A stretch of 36,563 nt of DNA from a virus (IMGVR_UViG_3300037780_000043:1-36563); one strand, 5' to 3'. Numbered from the stretch's first letter, positions 9,170 to 17,658 are shown. The notes: generated by a model not told the origin, from the letters alone. Numbers and translations: made by a program.

Positions 9170-9485
9170 TTTTTTGTTCGATTAAAAATTGTTTAATTTT
9201 TTGTGTAACTTCTTGCCATTCATTTTCGAGAAACTGCTCCCAATTATGGTTCGTTGAGCTATGTGTGAATGCAACATCATAATCAGTGAAGCTGATTAAA
9301 TACACTCTTGCTAAATCATGAGCTAATAGACGTATATCTGCGTCCTTGTAGTTTTTAAAGTTTGCCTCAACAAGGTTCTTAAACTTAGGGATATCTTCTT
9401 CCCTTTGCTTAAATATCTGCTTGACGGCATCTGCGTCACCATAGATGCTTTCCAATAAATCCGTCATATCAATCATGTTTTGCAT
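9150..9485 (-). CDS. Hypothetical protein
   Basis: 111-aa ORF in a tightly packed run. Confidence 0.7.
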   Translation of the reverse strand: MQNMIDMTDLLESIYGDADAVKQIFKQREEDIPKFKNLVEANFKNYKDADIRLLAHDLARVYLISFTDYDVAFTHSSTNHNWEQFLENEWQEVTQKIKQFLIEQKNENHTT

Positions 9486-9490
9486 TTTTA

Positions 9491-9889
9491 CTAATTTATA
9501 TTTAATATTGATTGTATTTCCCTGTCTTGTTCAATTACTTTCGATCCAACCTTACTGACCATATCTACATAAAAATTAGGTAAACGAGCCTCAACTCTTG
9601 TTTGTAGTGATGTTTCATCTCTTAAGATTTTAATGCTTGCTACAAAAGGTTTAACAATAGACTTAAATCTTTCAGCATGAGACTTCTTTTCAAACTTAAG
9701 CATTAAGAAAATTTCCTCTGAGTCATCTAAATCTTTGTCTTTGAGAAGACTAGTCCACTTTGCATACAAAGAGTCTCGTTCTTTTTTTGTTTCATCGAGA
9801 CTTTGCTTAATTACATCAAACAGTTGTTTCCAATTAGATAAACTTTCTTCTAGTTTTTTATTTGCTATCTGTAGTTGTTTTTTGTCCAT
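9491..9889 (-). CDS. Hypothetical helical protein
   Basis: 132-aa ORF. Confidence 0.7.
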   Translation of the reverse strand: MDKKQLQIANKKLEESLSNWKQLFDVIKQSLDETKKERDSLYAKWTSLLKDKDLDDSEEIFLMLKFEKKSHAERFKSIVKPFVASIKILRDETSLQTRVEARLPNFYVDMVSKVGSKVIEQDREIQSILNIN

Positions 9890-9943
9890 TCTTATAATTA
9901 GATTCTACTAGTAGTTGCTCCCAGCTTGGGAAGAGGTCTGCTT

Positions 9944-10228
9944 CTACCTCTCTGATCTCATGTAATAGTGATTTATCAACGCCTCAAGTTCTGAACTATC
10001 CTTATCTTCATATTCTGATAGTCCAGTTGTGTGAATTTCGTCTGAGTATATTATTTCTGATGATGTTTCATTTGAGTTATAAATCATCTCAGCTGTGTCA
10101 AAGCGAAGTGTGTAACCTATAGCTTGAGCGTCTTTAAGCCATTTAAAATTAAAGTAACAGTTTTTGTTATCTTCCATGAATCTCTCCAACTCAATTCTGT
10201 TTTGAAAATTAATCTGATACGTTGGCAC
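9944..10228 (-). CDS. Hypothetical protein
   Basis: 94 aa; GTG start overlapping the upstream stop. Confidence 0.6.
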   Translation of the reverse strand: MPTYQINFQNRIELERFMEDNKNCYFNFKWLKDAQAIGYTLRFDTAEMIYNSNETSSEIIYSDEIHTTGLSEYEDKDSSELEALINHYYMRSER

Positions 10229-10659
10229 TATTTAACTATGTTAATTTCATTTTTTTTGATCAAACCATCAACTAATTTATCTAAGATAGCCTTCATGTCT
10301 TTCACGTCAAAACCTAAGTTTTTAAAAGCTTTCTCATAAACTTCAACTTTATTCTCCAAAATCTTTTTATCAGACTCTAAACTTGAAACTTTATCTTTTA
10401 AATCAACGGCTATTTCATTCTTTTGAATCTTATGATCTGATTCAAGCTGGCTCATAAGCATACTATGGTTGTGTTTTTCTTCAGTAATATCACGCTGTAA
10501 TTCAATCTTTTCTTCTTTCAACTTCAAAACTTCAGCCTCATGCTCCCTCATTTTATTTTCAGCATCTGCTAGTTTATTTAAAGTATCACCTAGCCTTTCT
10601 GCTAGATCTGAATTATTTGATCTTAATTTCTCTAGTTCTTGTTTTTGATTTCCAAACAT
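10228..10659 (-). CDS. Coiled-coil hypothetical protein
   Basis: 143 aa, heptad-rich in E/K/L. Confidence 0.7.
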   Translation of the reverse strand: MFGNQKQELEKLRSNNSDLAERLGDTLNKLADAENKMREHEAEVLKLKEEKIELQRDITEEKHNHSMLMSQLESDHKIQKNEIAVDLKDKVSSLESDKKILENKVEVYEKAFKNLGFDVKDMKAILDKLVDGLIKKNEINIVK

Positions 10660-10669
10660 TTTTATGTGG

Positions 10670-10987
10670 TTAAATTAATTTATCTTTTATTTGATTGATT
10701 ATCCTTTCCATCTTTGCCTTGTAGTAGACTTCGAATTCTGGGTAGGTTTGCTTATTGCTTTGTTGCCATAACACATATAGGACATTTCTTAATCTCTGGC
10801 TTGAGCTTTTCCCCTCTACCTCTGGATCGTGTTCTACTTCAATTATTTTTGTCTCTCTGTTTATATTTGTGAATAGAGCTACCATTTCTTCTGGTGGTAG
10901 TTCTGGCATTCCTAGCCTTACCTGTATAGAACCATCTGCCATTGTTTGAACTTTCTCTATTACTGCGTTATGTAGTTGTAGTTTCAT
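10670..10987 (-). CDS. Phage hypothetical protein (possibly NinB-like)
   Basis: KSSSQRLRNVLYVLW..FEVYY..ME pattern; family assignment is tentative. Confidence 0.6.
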   Translation of the reverse strand: MKLQLHNAVIEKVQTMADGSIQVRLGMPELPPEEMVALFTNINRETKIIEVEHDPEVEGKSSSQRLRNVLYVLWQQSNKQTYPEFEVYYKAKMERIINQIKDKLI

Positions 10988-11020
10988 TGTTTCTTGTTAA
11001 TGCTTTTTGTTGTTGTCTTG

Positions 11021-11188
11021 TCATGACTGATCTTTATTAGGAATATTTTCATACTCTGCCTTGTAAGGAGTAGGTTCAAAAATAACTTTTGGACTAACAT
11101 CTGCAGGCTTTAATTCACCTCCACTTATGGTTAATTTATCGGACTCAATTGTGATCTCTTCTGTCTTTGTGTTTATTGTTATTTTCAT
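11021..11188 (-). CDS. Small hypothetical protein
   Basis: Likely start MKITINTK at 11188 (ATGA overlap with the upstream stop). Confidence 0.55.
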   Translation of the reverse strand: MKITINTKTEEITIESDKLTISGGELKPADVSPKVIFEPTPYKAEYENIPNKDQS

Positions 11189-11496
11189 TGTGGTATTGTT
11201 AAGTATTTTAAAGATGGTCTTTGATTTGTTTGTAGATCTGAACAATAAGCCTTGGAAAACGTGCTTGCGTCTATAGACCTTATCGATCTTTTAATTAAAG
11301 ATTTTTGAAGTTGAGATAAGATCTTTCGACTTTGTTCAGTTTCCATTCTTCTTCTTTTAGGTAAAGTTCCAAACTTTCCTTTTCGATATTTTCCAGCTAA
11401 AGCTGCATACCGAATTGTCTTCGCAAATCTAGAAACATTTAACCGAGTTGCTTCTACATCTGCTCCTATACTGATATTTCCTATATCAAGATCCAT
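11185..11496 (-). CDS. Basic hypothetical protein
   Basis: 103 aa, K/R-rich. Confidence 0.6.
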   Translation of the reverse strand: MDLDIGNISIGADVEATRLNVSRFAKTIRYAALAGKYRKGKFGTLPKRRRMETEQSRKILSQLQKSLIKRSIRSIDASTFSKAYCSDLQTNQRPSLKYLTIPQ

Positions 11497-11529
11497 GTTT
11501 CTCTATGTTAATTTCTATTTATTATCTTG

Positions 11530-11724
11530 TCATTTTCTCTTTCTTAGAACCAAAACTACAGACACTACCATGAATACTGTTACCAAAAATGGAATCCATA
11601 TTGGTGCGAATATCCAAGCCCAATGCCAATCAATATATCCTGTTAATTTTAATGCAATAAACAAAACTGTAAGTAGCATCCAAAACCACTGCATTACATT
11701 TGTTTCTTTTTCATTATTACTCAT
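11530..11724 (-). CDS. Small two-helix membrane protein (resembles phage proteins annotated transmembrane Fragile-X-F)
   Basis: LLTVLFIALKLTGYIDWHWAWIFAPIW motif. Confidence 0.75.
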   Translation of the reverse strand: MSNNEKETNVMQWFWMLLTVLFIALKLTGYIDWHWAWIFAPIWIPFLVTVFMVVSVVLVLRKRK

Positions 11725-12082
11725 ATTCTTTTATGTTAATTTCTATATAATCCTCGTCCTGTCCTATCTTCCTTAGGACTCTTCCTTCTACTATTTGTTT
11801 GTCATTATCAAAAAGAAGACCTTCCAGTGAATCACTGAGTGCCTTCTCGTAATTGAATGTGTCTCCGTATCGTTTGTCTTTAAATCCGAATGTGTAACTT
11901 ACGTATAAGTCTTCGTCTGTGAAAGGAGTTATGTTTCCTTTATTGATTTCTGACTTAACTAGCCACTGAATTTCTTTTCTCCATTCTCTACCTGCTTTCT
12001 TTATGTATTTCCTGTTGTTTCTGTGTCCCCAGAATTTATTCTGAGTCACAGGTCTAACTGGAAGCTTTAATCTAATTGACAC
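11717..12082 (-). CDS. rusA: RusA-family Holliday junction resolvase
   Basis: PVTQNKFW N-terminal motif; DTFNYEKALSDSL..FDNDKQI catalytic pattern. Confidence 0.85.
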   Translation of the reverse strand: MSIRLKLPVRPVTQNKFWGHRNNRKYIKKAGREWRKEIQWLVKSEINKGNITPFTDEDLYVSYTFGFKDKRYGDTFNYEKALSDSLEGLLFDNDKQIVEGRVLRKIGQDEDYIEINIKEYE

Positions 12083-12130
12083 TAAAAAACGTGTTAAATT
12101 CTTGTTTTTTGAAATGTGTCAATCGCCTAC

Positions 12131-12139
12131 ATTATAGCA
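12131..12139 (-). promoter_or_regulatory. Extended -10 sigma70-type promoter
   Basis: Perfect TGCTATAAT on the minus strand in an intergenic gap upstream of rusA. Confidence 0.55.
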
Positions 12140-12162
12140 TATTCCAGCCAAGAAGCCCTAAT

Positions 12163-12318
12163 TTATTTTAATAATTCATCTATAGATTCTGTATGGTTTG
12201 AGCTTTTGAATTCTTGAATTTTCATAACCTCATTTTTTACAGCGAAAATTGTAAAAAATAACAAAACCATAACTATGCTCATAATCAATAACTCCCATGG
12301 TGAATATTCATTTTTCAT
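12163..12318 (-). CDS. Small single-TM protein (51 aa, not in the ORF track)
   Basis: MKNEYSPWELLIMSIVMVLLFFTIFAVKNEVMKIQEFKSSNHTESIDELLK; fills the gap and overlaps the upstream stop. Confidence 0.6.
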   Translation of the reverse strand: MKNEYSPWELLIMSIVMVLLFFTIFAVKNEVMKIQEFKSSNHTESIDELLK

Positions 12319-12562
12319 TGTTTTTGTTTAAATAATAATTGTATTGCTCTGCTTGCTCTTCAGTTAGAATTGTCACTACCTTTGCATTCTTTACTACGAT
12401 ATAACCGTAAGGAGTTTTGAACCTTCCGTTTTTATCTGTGACGTATTTTTTAACTTTCTTAATAAACTCCTGTTTGAATTTCTCAATATCTAACCCTACA
12501 TACCTTTCAAAGTATCGTATTAGAGCATGGTCAGACACCCATAGTTTCTTTGGTTTACCCAT
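12308..12562 (-). CDS. Small protein, possibly RelE/DUF4258-like RNase fold
   Basis: VSDHALIRYFER motif and C-terminal VVKNAKVVTIL strands. Confidence 0.55.
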   Translation of the reverse strand: MGKPKKLWVSDHALIRYFERYVGLDIEKFKQEFIKKVKKYVTDKNGRFKTPYGYIVVKNAKVVTILTEEQAEQYNYYLNKNNEK

Positions 12563-12975
12563 TATTTGTAATCTGTTTTAATGCCATTAATTTTCACCCC
12601 TCTACCTTTCATGATCAACCTTGCAAACTTCTCGGTCATATTTTCATGAACTATTCTTAAGGTTTCTTCTTCAGTCTTATTTATTGCCTTCTCTGCCAGA
12701 GTGTAGATGTAATGAGTATGTATATGACACAGCTCATGACAAATCAACCATTCAAGATGCTCATCTATGAAGTTATCTTTAATTATATTCAAATTTACCT
12801 TCAAATGAGCTTCAAGATACACGTGATCAGGAATAATAGTCATAGCTTGCCAATCTTCAAGATCGTTTCTGAATTTAATATTCAACCTATAGTTTCCTAA
12901 TTCCATATATTCGAATAGTTCAGTAGCAATGCGTATAACTCTATCCTTAAACTGCGTTTTTGTTTCTTTGCTCAT
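12562..12975 (-). CDS. HExxH zinc metallopeptidase-like protein
   Basis: LICHELCHIH with a downstream HE..TE helix. Confidence 0.7.
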   Translation of the reverse strand: MSKETKTQFKDRVIRIATELFEYMELGNYRLNIKFRNDLEDWQAMTIIPDHVYLEAHLKVNLNIIKDNFIDEHLEWLICHELCHIHTHYIYTLAEKAINKTEEETLRIVHENMTEKFARLIMKGRGVKINGIKTDYK

Positions 12976-13259
12976 TTATATTTATTAAGTAGTAAAGGGA
13001 ATTGCTCCCATAGTTTCCGTTTCTCAACGATCTGCTTTCTGTTTGATTTTTTGGAGTGATACCACCGATGACAATCATTGCAGATCAAAGTAAGATTGTT
13101 TGAGTGGTGTAGGTTGATGTGCTTCGGGGCTTCGCTTCGGTATACAATGTGATGTACTTCCAAAGACTTATCAGACCTAAAACATTTCTGACAAAATAAA
13201 AAGCCCCTGCTATCTAGCTGAGACTCTTTTAGTTCACTCGCTGTTTGTTTTAGTTTCAT
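12972..13259 (-). CDS. HNH endonuclease
   Basis: CQKC, LEVHHI, NNLTLICNDCHRWYH. Confidence 0.9.
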   Translation of the reverse strand: MKLKQTASELKESQLDSRGFLFCQKCFRSDKSLEVHHIVYRSEAPKHINLHHSNNLTLICNDCHRWYHSKKSNRKQIVEKRKLWEQFPLLLNKYK

Positions 13260-13315
13260 TCCTCTAACTTTTTTAAGCTAAACACGATGTTAGATTTTTC
13301 ATGATCTTCATTCAT
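13256..13315 (-). CDS. 19-aa mini-ORF coupled to the HNH gene
   Basis: MNEDHEKSNIVFSLKKLEE; A-rich leader, and its TGA overlaps the HNH ATG. Confidence 0.35.
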   Translation of the reverse strand: MNEDHEKSNIVFSLKKLEE

Positions 13316-13326
13316 GTTTTTTGTTA

Positions 13327-14631
13327 TTAATCTTTATATGGATCAAATTCATCTGCACCAGCCATACATACAATTAAAGGCTCTAACCTATGAAGAATCT
13401 TAATAGTCCCTTTATGACATTCTAAAACTTCATCTAGTTTTTTATAAGCCTCTGGAGATTCATCAGCTCCCGCTCCTTTAAGAATTACACCTTGTCTTTT
13501 CATCCTTTCTTTAACTTCTTCAAAGTTAATCTTGCCCTCTTTAACCTGTACTTTCATTTTTCTTTTATGTGTTTTACTGCCACATAGTGGACATGCTGGC
13601 TTTGACTCATTTTGCTTTAAAGTTCTGAATGGCAACACCCCATCACAATCTCTTTGACCACACTTGTACATGTTTTTGTACTTAACTTTACCTGCCGCTT
13701 CTGTTCTAGACATAACTCTACCCGCTCCATGTACAGTTGAATAGAATGCCTCTTTTGATTTATCAGAATCAACACCCTCAAGAATCACGGAATAATCTTC
13801 CATGTTACTGCCTACAAACCCACGTTGACCAGGAAAAGCAGGTGTAGCACCTTTACGTACAACCCAATATTTTTGACCATTGTGTTCCTCGTACCATGCA
13901 AAATTATGATGATTGTGAACCTCATCAATTATTTCGCCACCTATAATATCAGCTACAGTTTGGCACACCCAGTCCCTACCTGCATATGCATATTTCCCCG
14001 CTAACTCCATTAGTTGAATATAGTCTTTGCCGTCTTGTGAATTCATATCTAGTAATCCAGGTGTAGAATCCATAATATTTAGATTATCTCCTGCCTTCTC
14101 CATAAAGTAAGAAGCTATGTTGTGACCTAAACCACGACTACCGAAATGAACCCCTATCCAGATATAATTTTCCTCATCTTTAAAAACATCTACATAGTGA
14201 TTTCCGCCCCCAATAGTTCCTAATTGATTTTTTGCTTTTTGTATTAACCCTGGTCTTTCTTTGAATATTTGATGCTCCCAAGCAGGATCATTAAATAACT
14301 CATGCTTCACTCTTTCATCATTTTTCTGCCCCATACCAAACGATATCTTATCCCAAATCTTATCTGCTATCTCTTCTAGATACTTAGCACTAGACGTTGA
14401 AGATGCATAAAGTTTCATGTTTAACTTAACTGCCTTATTTCCACACGCTATATCAAAACCAACACCAGCAGGACTCACTTTATCTTTATATACTGCTACC
14501 CCGCCAATTGGCATACCGTAACCTTTATGGTTATCTGCCATAAGTGCAAATCCATCCGATTCTTCTAAACACTTTTTCGCTTGCTCTAATGCTCCTTCCT
14601 CCACCTTTCCAAATTGTATTACTTTTTTCAT
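13327..14631 (-). CDS. rtcB: RtcB-family RNA ligase with a Cys4 insertion
   Basis: DNHKGYG, GFDIACG, GTIGGGNHY, HFGSRGLG, HHNFA, RKGATPA, HGAGR and DESPEAYK motifs are all present. Confidence 0.95.
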   Translation of the reverse strand: MKKVIQFGKVEEGALEQAKKCLEESDGFALMADNHKGYGMPIGGVAVYKDKVSPAGVGFDIACGNKAVKLNMKLYASSTSSAKYLEEIADKIWDKISFGMGQKNDERVKHELFNDPAWEHQIFKERPGLIQKAKNQLGTIGGGNHYVDVFKDEENYIWIGVHFGSRGLGHNIASYFMEKAGDNLNIMDSTPGLLDMNSQDGKDYIQLMELAGKYAYAGRDWVCQTVADIIGGEIIDEVHNHHNFAWYEEHNGQKYWVVRKGATPAFPGQRGFVGSNMEDYSVILEGVDSDKSKEAFYSTVHGAGRVMSRTEAAGKVKYKNMYKCGQRDCDGVLPFRTLKQNESKPACPLCGSKTHKRKMKVQVKEGKINFEEVKERMKRQGVILKGAGADESPEAYKKLDEVLECHKGTIKILHRLEPLIVCMAGADEFDPYKD

Positions 14632-14693
14632 TTTGTTATAATTAAATTACTAGTACCTCCCACGGCTCTTCTATCCGCACCACGGGAGGTCTT

Positions 14694-14927
14694 TTATTTG
14701 TCACAACAAGATTTACCTCCATCCATTGCTTGAAACACTTTACCCAGTCTCATCCTTGCGTCCTCAGCATGCCTAAAACTTAATTCCATATTTGCTTGTA
14801 CTTCACAAGCTGTTTCTTCATCCCACTCTTTTATATAAGATAGTGGCGGTCGGCAATTCTTTATTTTTTTACAAATCACCTCTAAGTCTTCTCTAAGTAT
14901 TGTAATTTGACTTTCGAATGTATCCAT
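14694..14927 (-). CDS. Hypothetical protein
   Basis: 77 aa; LSFRHAEDARMRLGK motif. Confidence 0.7.
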   Translation of the reverse strand: MDTFESQITILREDLEVICKKIKNCRPPLSYIKEWDEETACEVQANMELSFRHAEDARMRLGKVFQAMDGGKSCCDK

Positions 14928-14929
14928 AT

Positions 14930-15058
14930 CTATTTATTAAATTTATATTGCTCATTCCGCTCTCTCTCTTTGTCTTCCAGATATTGCATCTCTGCTTCAG
15001 CTGCCGCCTCTGCCTCTGCTTGCATACAAGCTTCGTAATCTCCTTGTGATTCGTACAT
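14930..15058 (-). CDS. 42-aa acidic peptide (not in the ORF track)
   Basis: MYESQGDYEACMQAEAEAAAEAEMQYLEDKERERNEQYKFNK; fills the gap exactly. Confidence 0.6.
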   Translation of the reverse strand: MYESQGDYEACMQAEAEAAAEAEMQYLEDKERERNEQYKFNK

Positions 15059-15085
15059 GTTTTATTTATTAAATTTATATTGCTC
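14931..15085. repeat. 23-bp direct repeat pair (14931-14953, 15063-15085)
   Basis: TATTTATTAAATTTATATTGCTC occurs twice; both adjacent genes end in EQYKFNK. Confidence 0.85.
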
Positions 15086-15256
15086 TAATTCTTTTTTTAG
15101 CTGGCGAACTTCAGTCGCTCTCTTGAACCATAACTCGCGGTATTTGTCCCTATTGGATTCTAGCCCTTGAGCATGACCTTTCCAAAATCGATAAGACGCA
15201 TACAAGCCACAAGTAACTAGGCACTGGACTCCAATAATAAGTAAGGGTATTAGCAT
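15062..15256 (-). CDS. Small protein with a hydrophobic N-terminus
   Basis: 64-aa ORF. Confidence 0.6.
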   Translation of the reverse strand: MLIPLLIIGVQCLVTCGLYASYRFWKGHAQGLESNRDKYRELWFKRATEVRQLKKELEQYKFNK

Positions 15257-15336
15257 TTCTGTTGATTAATTGGTTCTGCATATATCATCTTATCCATGTT
15301 CAATATCTCTCCTGACGCTTTGTGTTTTTTATTCAT
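15250..15336 (-). CDS. 28-aa mini-ORF (not in the ORF track)
   Basis: MNKKHKASGEILNMDKMIYAEPINQQKC; overlaps both neighbours. Confidence 0.4.
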   Translation of the reverse strand: MNKKHKASGEILNMDKMIYAEPINQQKC

Positions 15337-15559
15337 ACTGCTTGATTATGCTATCTTTTAGCTTTTGATACTTCTGATGTGATTCATGGAATTCACGCCT
15401 CATTTCCTCTAATCGTTTCTTCAATTGCTCATCGTTTCTTTTTTCGATTTGAGGTTTTACTCTGCATTCATAATCCCATGTAGAATATAGCAAGTACAAG
15501 AATAAGACACAGGCTACCCCCAATAGTCCAATTTGCCACGATTCAAACAGTCTATTCAT
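15329..15559 (-). CDS. Small TM plus coiled-coil protein
   Basis: 76 aa with an N-terminal hydrophobic helix. Confidence 0.65.
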   Translation of the reverse strand: MNRLFESWQIGLLGVACVLFLYLLYSTWDYECRVKPQIEKRNDEQLKKRLEEMRREFHESHQKYQKLKDSIIKQYE

Positions 15560-15800
15560 CTTTATTAGTTAAACTATCTAGTGAGGTTAGCTCTTTAATT
15601 TCGAAGTTCTCAACATTCTCAGGGGTGATGTAAAGTGCATGAGCGAAACCGTCATCTAATTTTGTGTTTTTTCTTTGAAGTTCTACTCTTCTCTCCAAGG
15701 CATCATACACTTTACTGAATGCCTCTTTTTTATTCCTCGCATTCACATAAAAACATTCGCGCCTCACGTTCGTTCCTATATTAGCCATGTAATGTTTCAT
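15552..15800 (-). CDS. Hypothetical protein
   Basis: 82-aa ORF. Confidence 0.65.
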   Translation of the reverse strand: MKHYMANIGTNVRRECFYVNARNKKEAFSKVYDALERRVELQRKNTKLDDGFAHALYITPENVENFEIKELTSLDSLTNKDE

Positions 15801-15898
15801 TTTGTTTTAGTTAAAATATTCAGTAAATGCAAAGCGGAAACCAAAAATAATACCGCAACTACAACTGTAATCAATAGTGCTAACAATTCATTGTTCAT
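15797..15898 (-). CDS. 33-aa single-TM peptide (not in the ORF track)
   Basis: MNNELLALLITVVVAVLFLVSALHLLNILTKTK; ATGA coupling to the next gene. Confidence 0.55.
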   Translation of the reverse strand: MNNELLALLITVVVAVLFLVSALHLLNILTKTK

Positions 15899-16421
15899 CC
15901 TTAATAGTTATATTATTTACATCCACGCCTTTCTCCTTTGCTATTATCTGCTTAGCTTCTTCTAGTGTTACCTCTATTTTTTTTGGCTCTTGTTTGTCTT
16001 TAGGCACATAAATCTCATAATTTTTTAGGTCTTTTATTCTGGCTCTAGTAAACCACTTTAATGAATTCACATTATCAATGTTTGAATTATTGTCCGATAT
16101 ATCAATTAAATCACCCTGCCTATCTAAGACAGTTACATAAAACCTCATATCACAACTAAGAAGTGTCAACACATCCCCAACCACCACATCCTCTATCCCG
16201 TCTATTAGGCGGTGGATTGATTTAACTCTTTTTTCAAAATTACCATATATATCAACTAAAACCGAATCAGCACCGTAATCTAGCAACATTTTTTCACAGC
16301 TAGGTCTTAGGGATGCTTTGTAAGCTTTTCCAACATTTATCATTTCATTTCTATATTCCACCTCAACCCTCATCCCTTCCTTTAGGTCTTTTGGGTCTGT
16401 TATTTTTATTCTTTTAGTCAT
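15888..16421 (-). CDS. Hypothetical protein
   Basis: 177 aa; C-terminal VTLEEAKQIIAKEKG motif. Confidence 0.75.
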   Translation of the reverse strand: MTKRIKITDPKDLKEGMRVEVEYRNEMINVGKAYKASLRPSCEKMLLDYGADSVLVDIYGNFEKRVKSIHRLIDGIEDVVVGDVLTLLSCDMRFYVTVLDRQGDLIDISDNNSNIDNVNSLKWFTRARIKDLKNYEIYVPKDKQEPKKIEVTLEEAKQIIAKEKGVDVNNITIKDEQ

Positions 16422-16422
16422 T

Positions 16423-16824
16423 TTATCTTATGGTTATTGAATTGCTCCCATGACTTAGATCCTGAACATACTCAACTATTACTAACTCAGGAAGGAATAT
16501 AGATTTAAGCAATTGGGGTGTGATGTAAATTGTCAAACCTAAAACCACAGCCAAAGCTGGAGAAATAGTTACCACCCCCAAAAAAGCAACATGCCCTTTG
16601 TCAAATGCATCCTCTGTTTTTTGGTATTTTTCCACCCAAAACTTATAAAGTTTATATACCAGTATGAACCCTACAACACAAGCCAGTAAACCAACGGCAT
16701 TAACAGTTATTATGTATGCCCAAAACCGTCTAAACAATCCACCACTATATTCAACTCCAGTTTGCAACGCTTGTTGGAGTTCTGGAAGCATAGCCTTTAA
16801 ATCTGCGTATATTTGTTCTTTCAT
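16423..16824 (-). CDS. Membrane protein (2 TM)
   Basis: Two hydrophobic segments. Confidence 0.75.
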   Translation of the reverse strand: MKEQIYADLKAMLPELQQALQTGVEYSGGLFRRFWAYIITVNAVGLLACVVGFILVYKLYKFWVEKYQKTEDAFDKGHVAFLGVVTISPALAVVLGLTIYITPQLLKSIFLPELVIVEYVQDLSHGSNSITIR

Positions 16825-16826
16825 TT

Positions 16827-17144
16827 TTATAAATTATTAAATTGATCCATTGCGTACAAGTTCGGGTCTCTCTTCGGCTTAAAGTCATCTCCAACCCTGT
16901 CTTCCTTGCTACCCTCACCAGACCTAAAGCTCATCCAGTCTATAACTAACTCATTATCTTCAAACTCGACTTCGCTAACCTCAGAATGAAAGTTAGCGTG
17001 CTCTACTGCCCCATCTAAGATATCTAAGATATCTGCTTCGACTTGTTCGATTATTAAAAGAACAGCTTTAATCGCTTCTGTATCTAGATCTCTGCTGTAT
17101 TCCACTCTTTGTTTGATCGTGTTGATCATGTCGATATTAATCAT
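16827..17144 (-). CDS. Acidic hypothetical protein
   Basis: 105-aa ORF. Confidence 0.65.
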   Translation of the reverse strand: MINIDMINTIKQRVEYSRDLDTEAIKAVLLIIEQVEADILDILDGAVEHANFHSEVSEVEFEDNELVIDWMSFRSGEGSKEDRVGDDFKPKRDPNLYAMDQFNNL

Positions 17145-17145
17145 T

Positions 17146-17658
17146 TTATAAATCTGTTAAATAAAATTCACTAGCTGGCAAAGGCTCTGCATACATTGCC
17201 GTACCACCCATATATTCTTCATAACAAACTTTCATCTGATATTCTTTATCAGTGAATATCCTGTTTTGGAAGAAATCAGGATTTGTATAATACTCTGGTT
17301 GACTAGGCACATGTAACTGACAATATCCCCAGCTGTTTTCTCTCCAACAACCAGTGAGGTCACTTCCACAAACTTTGTTTTTTCCATCCGCACCTTTTCT
17401 CAACCACACGGTTGATCGTTTATCATGTGCTAGATGACCGTTTTCCGCTGTGATCTTCCGTATGAAATCTAGATCGTTATTAGACACCTCGCTTGCAAGC
17501 TTCAACGCTTCAACTTTCCAGGGCTCATTTTCTTTACCCTTCCACATCCAAAATTTATCTTTATCAGATATATCTACGGTCGCTGGTGGGTATTCCGTTT
17601 TTTCACCTACCTCAGCTAATGCCTTGGGCTTAGTGTTAGCTATTTCTATTTTAGTCAC
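17146..17658 (-). CDS. Lysozyme-like (SLT/Rpf-type) domain; probably the frameshift extension of the upstream gene
   Basis: Helix ending ITAENG (candidate catalytic Glu), then SWGYCQLH. Only a GTG start, and the frame is open back to 17703. Confidence 0.6.
   Translation of the reverse strand: MTKIEIANTKPKALAEVGEKTEYPPATVDISDKDKFWMWKGKENEPWKVEALKLASEVSNNDLDFIRKITAENGHLAHDKRSTVWLRKGADGKNKVCGSDLTGCWRENSWGYCQLHVPSQPEYYTNPDFFQNRIFTDKEYQMKVCYEEYMGGTAMYAEPLPASEFYLTDL

Noticed and set aside
13327-14631. Intein or intron in rtcB
   Set aside because: The insert is only about 35-45 aa, has no intein terminal motifs, and the frame is uninterrupted.
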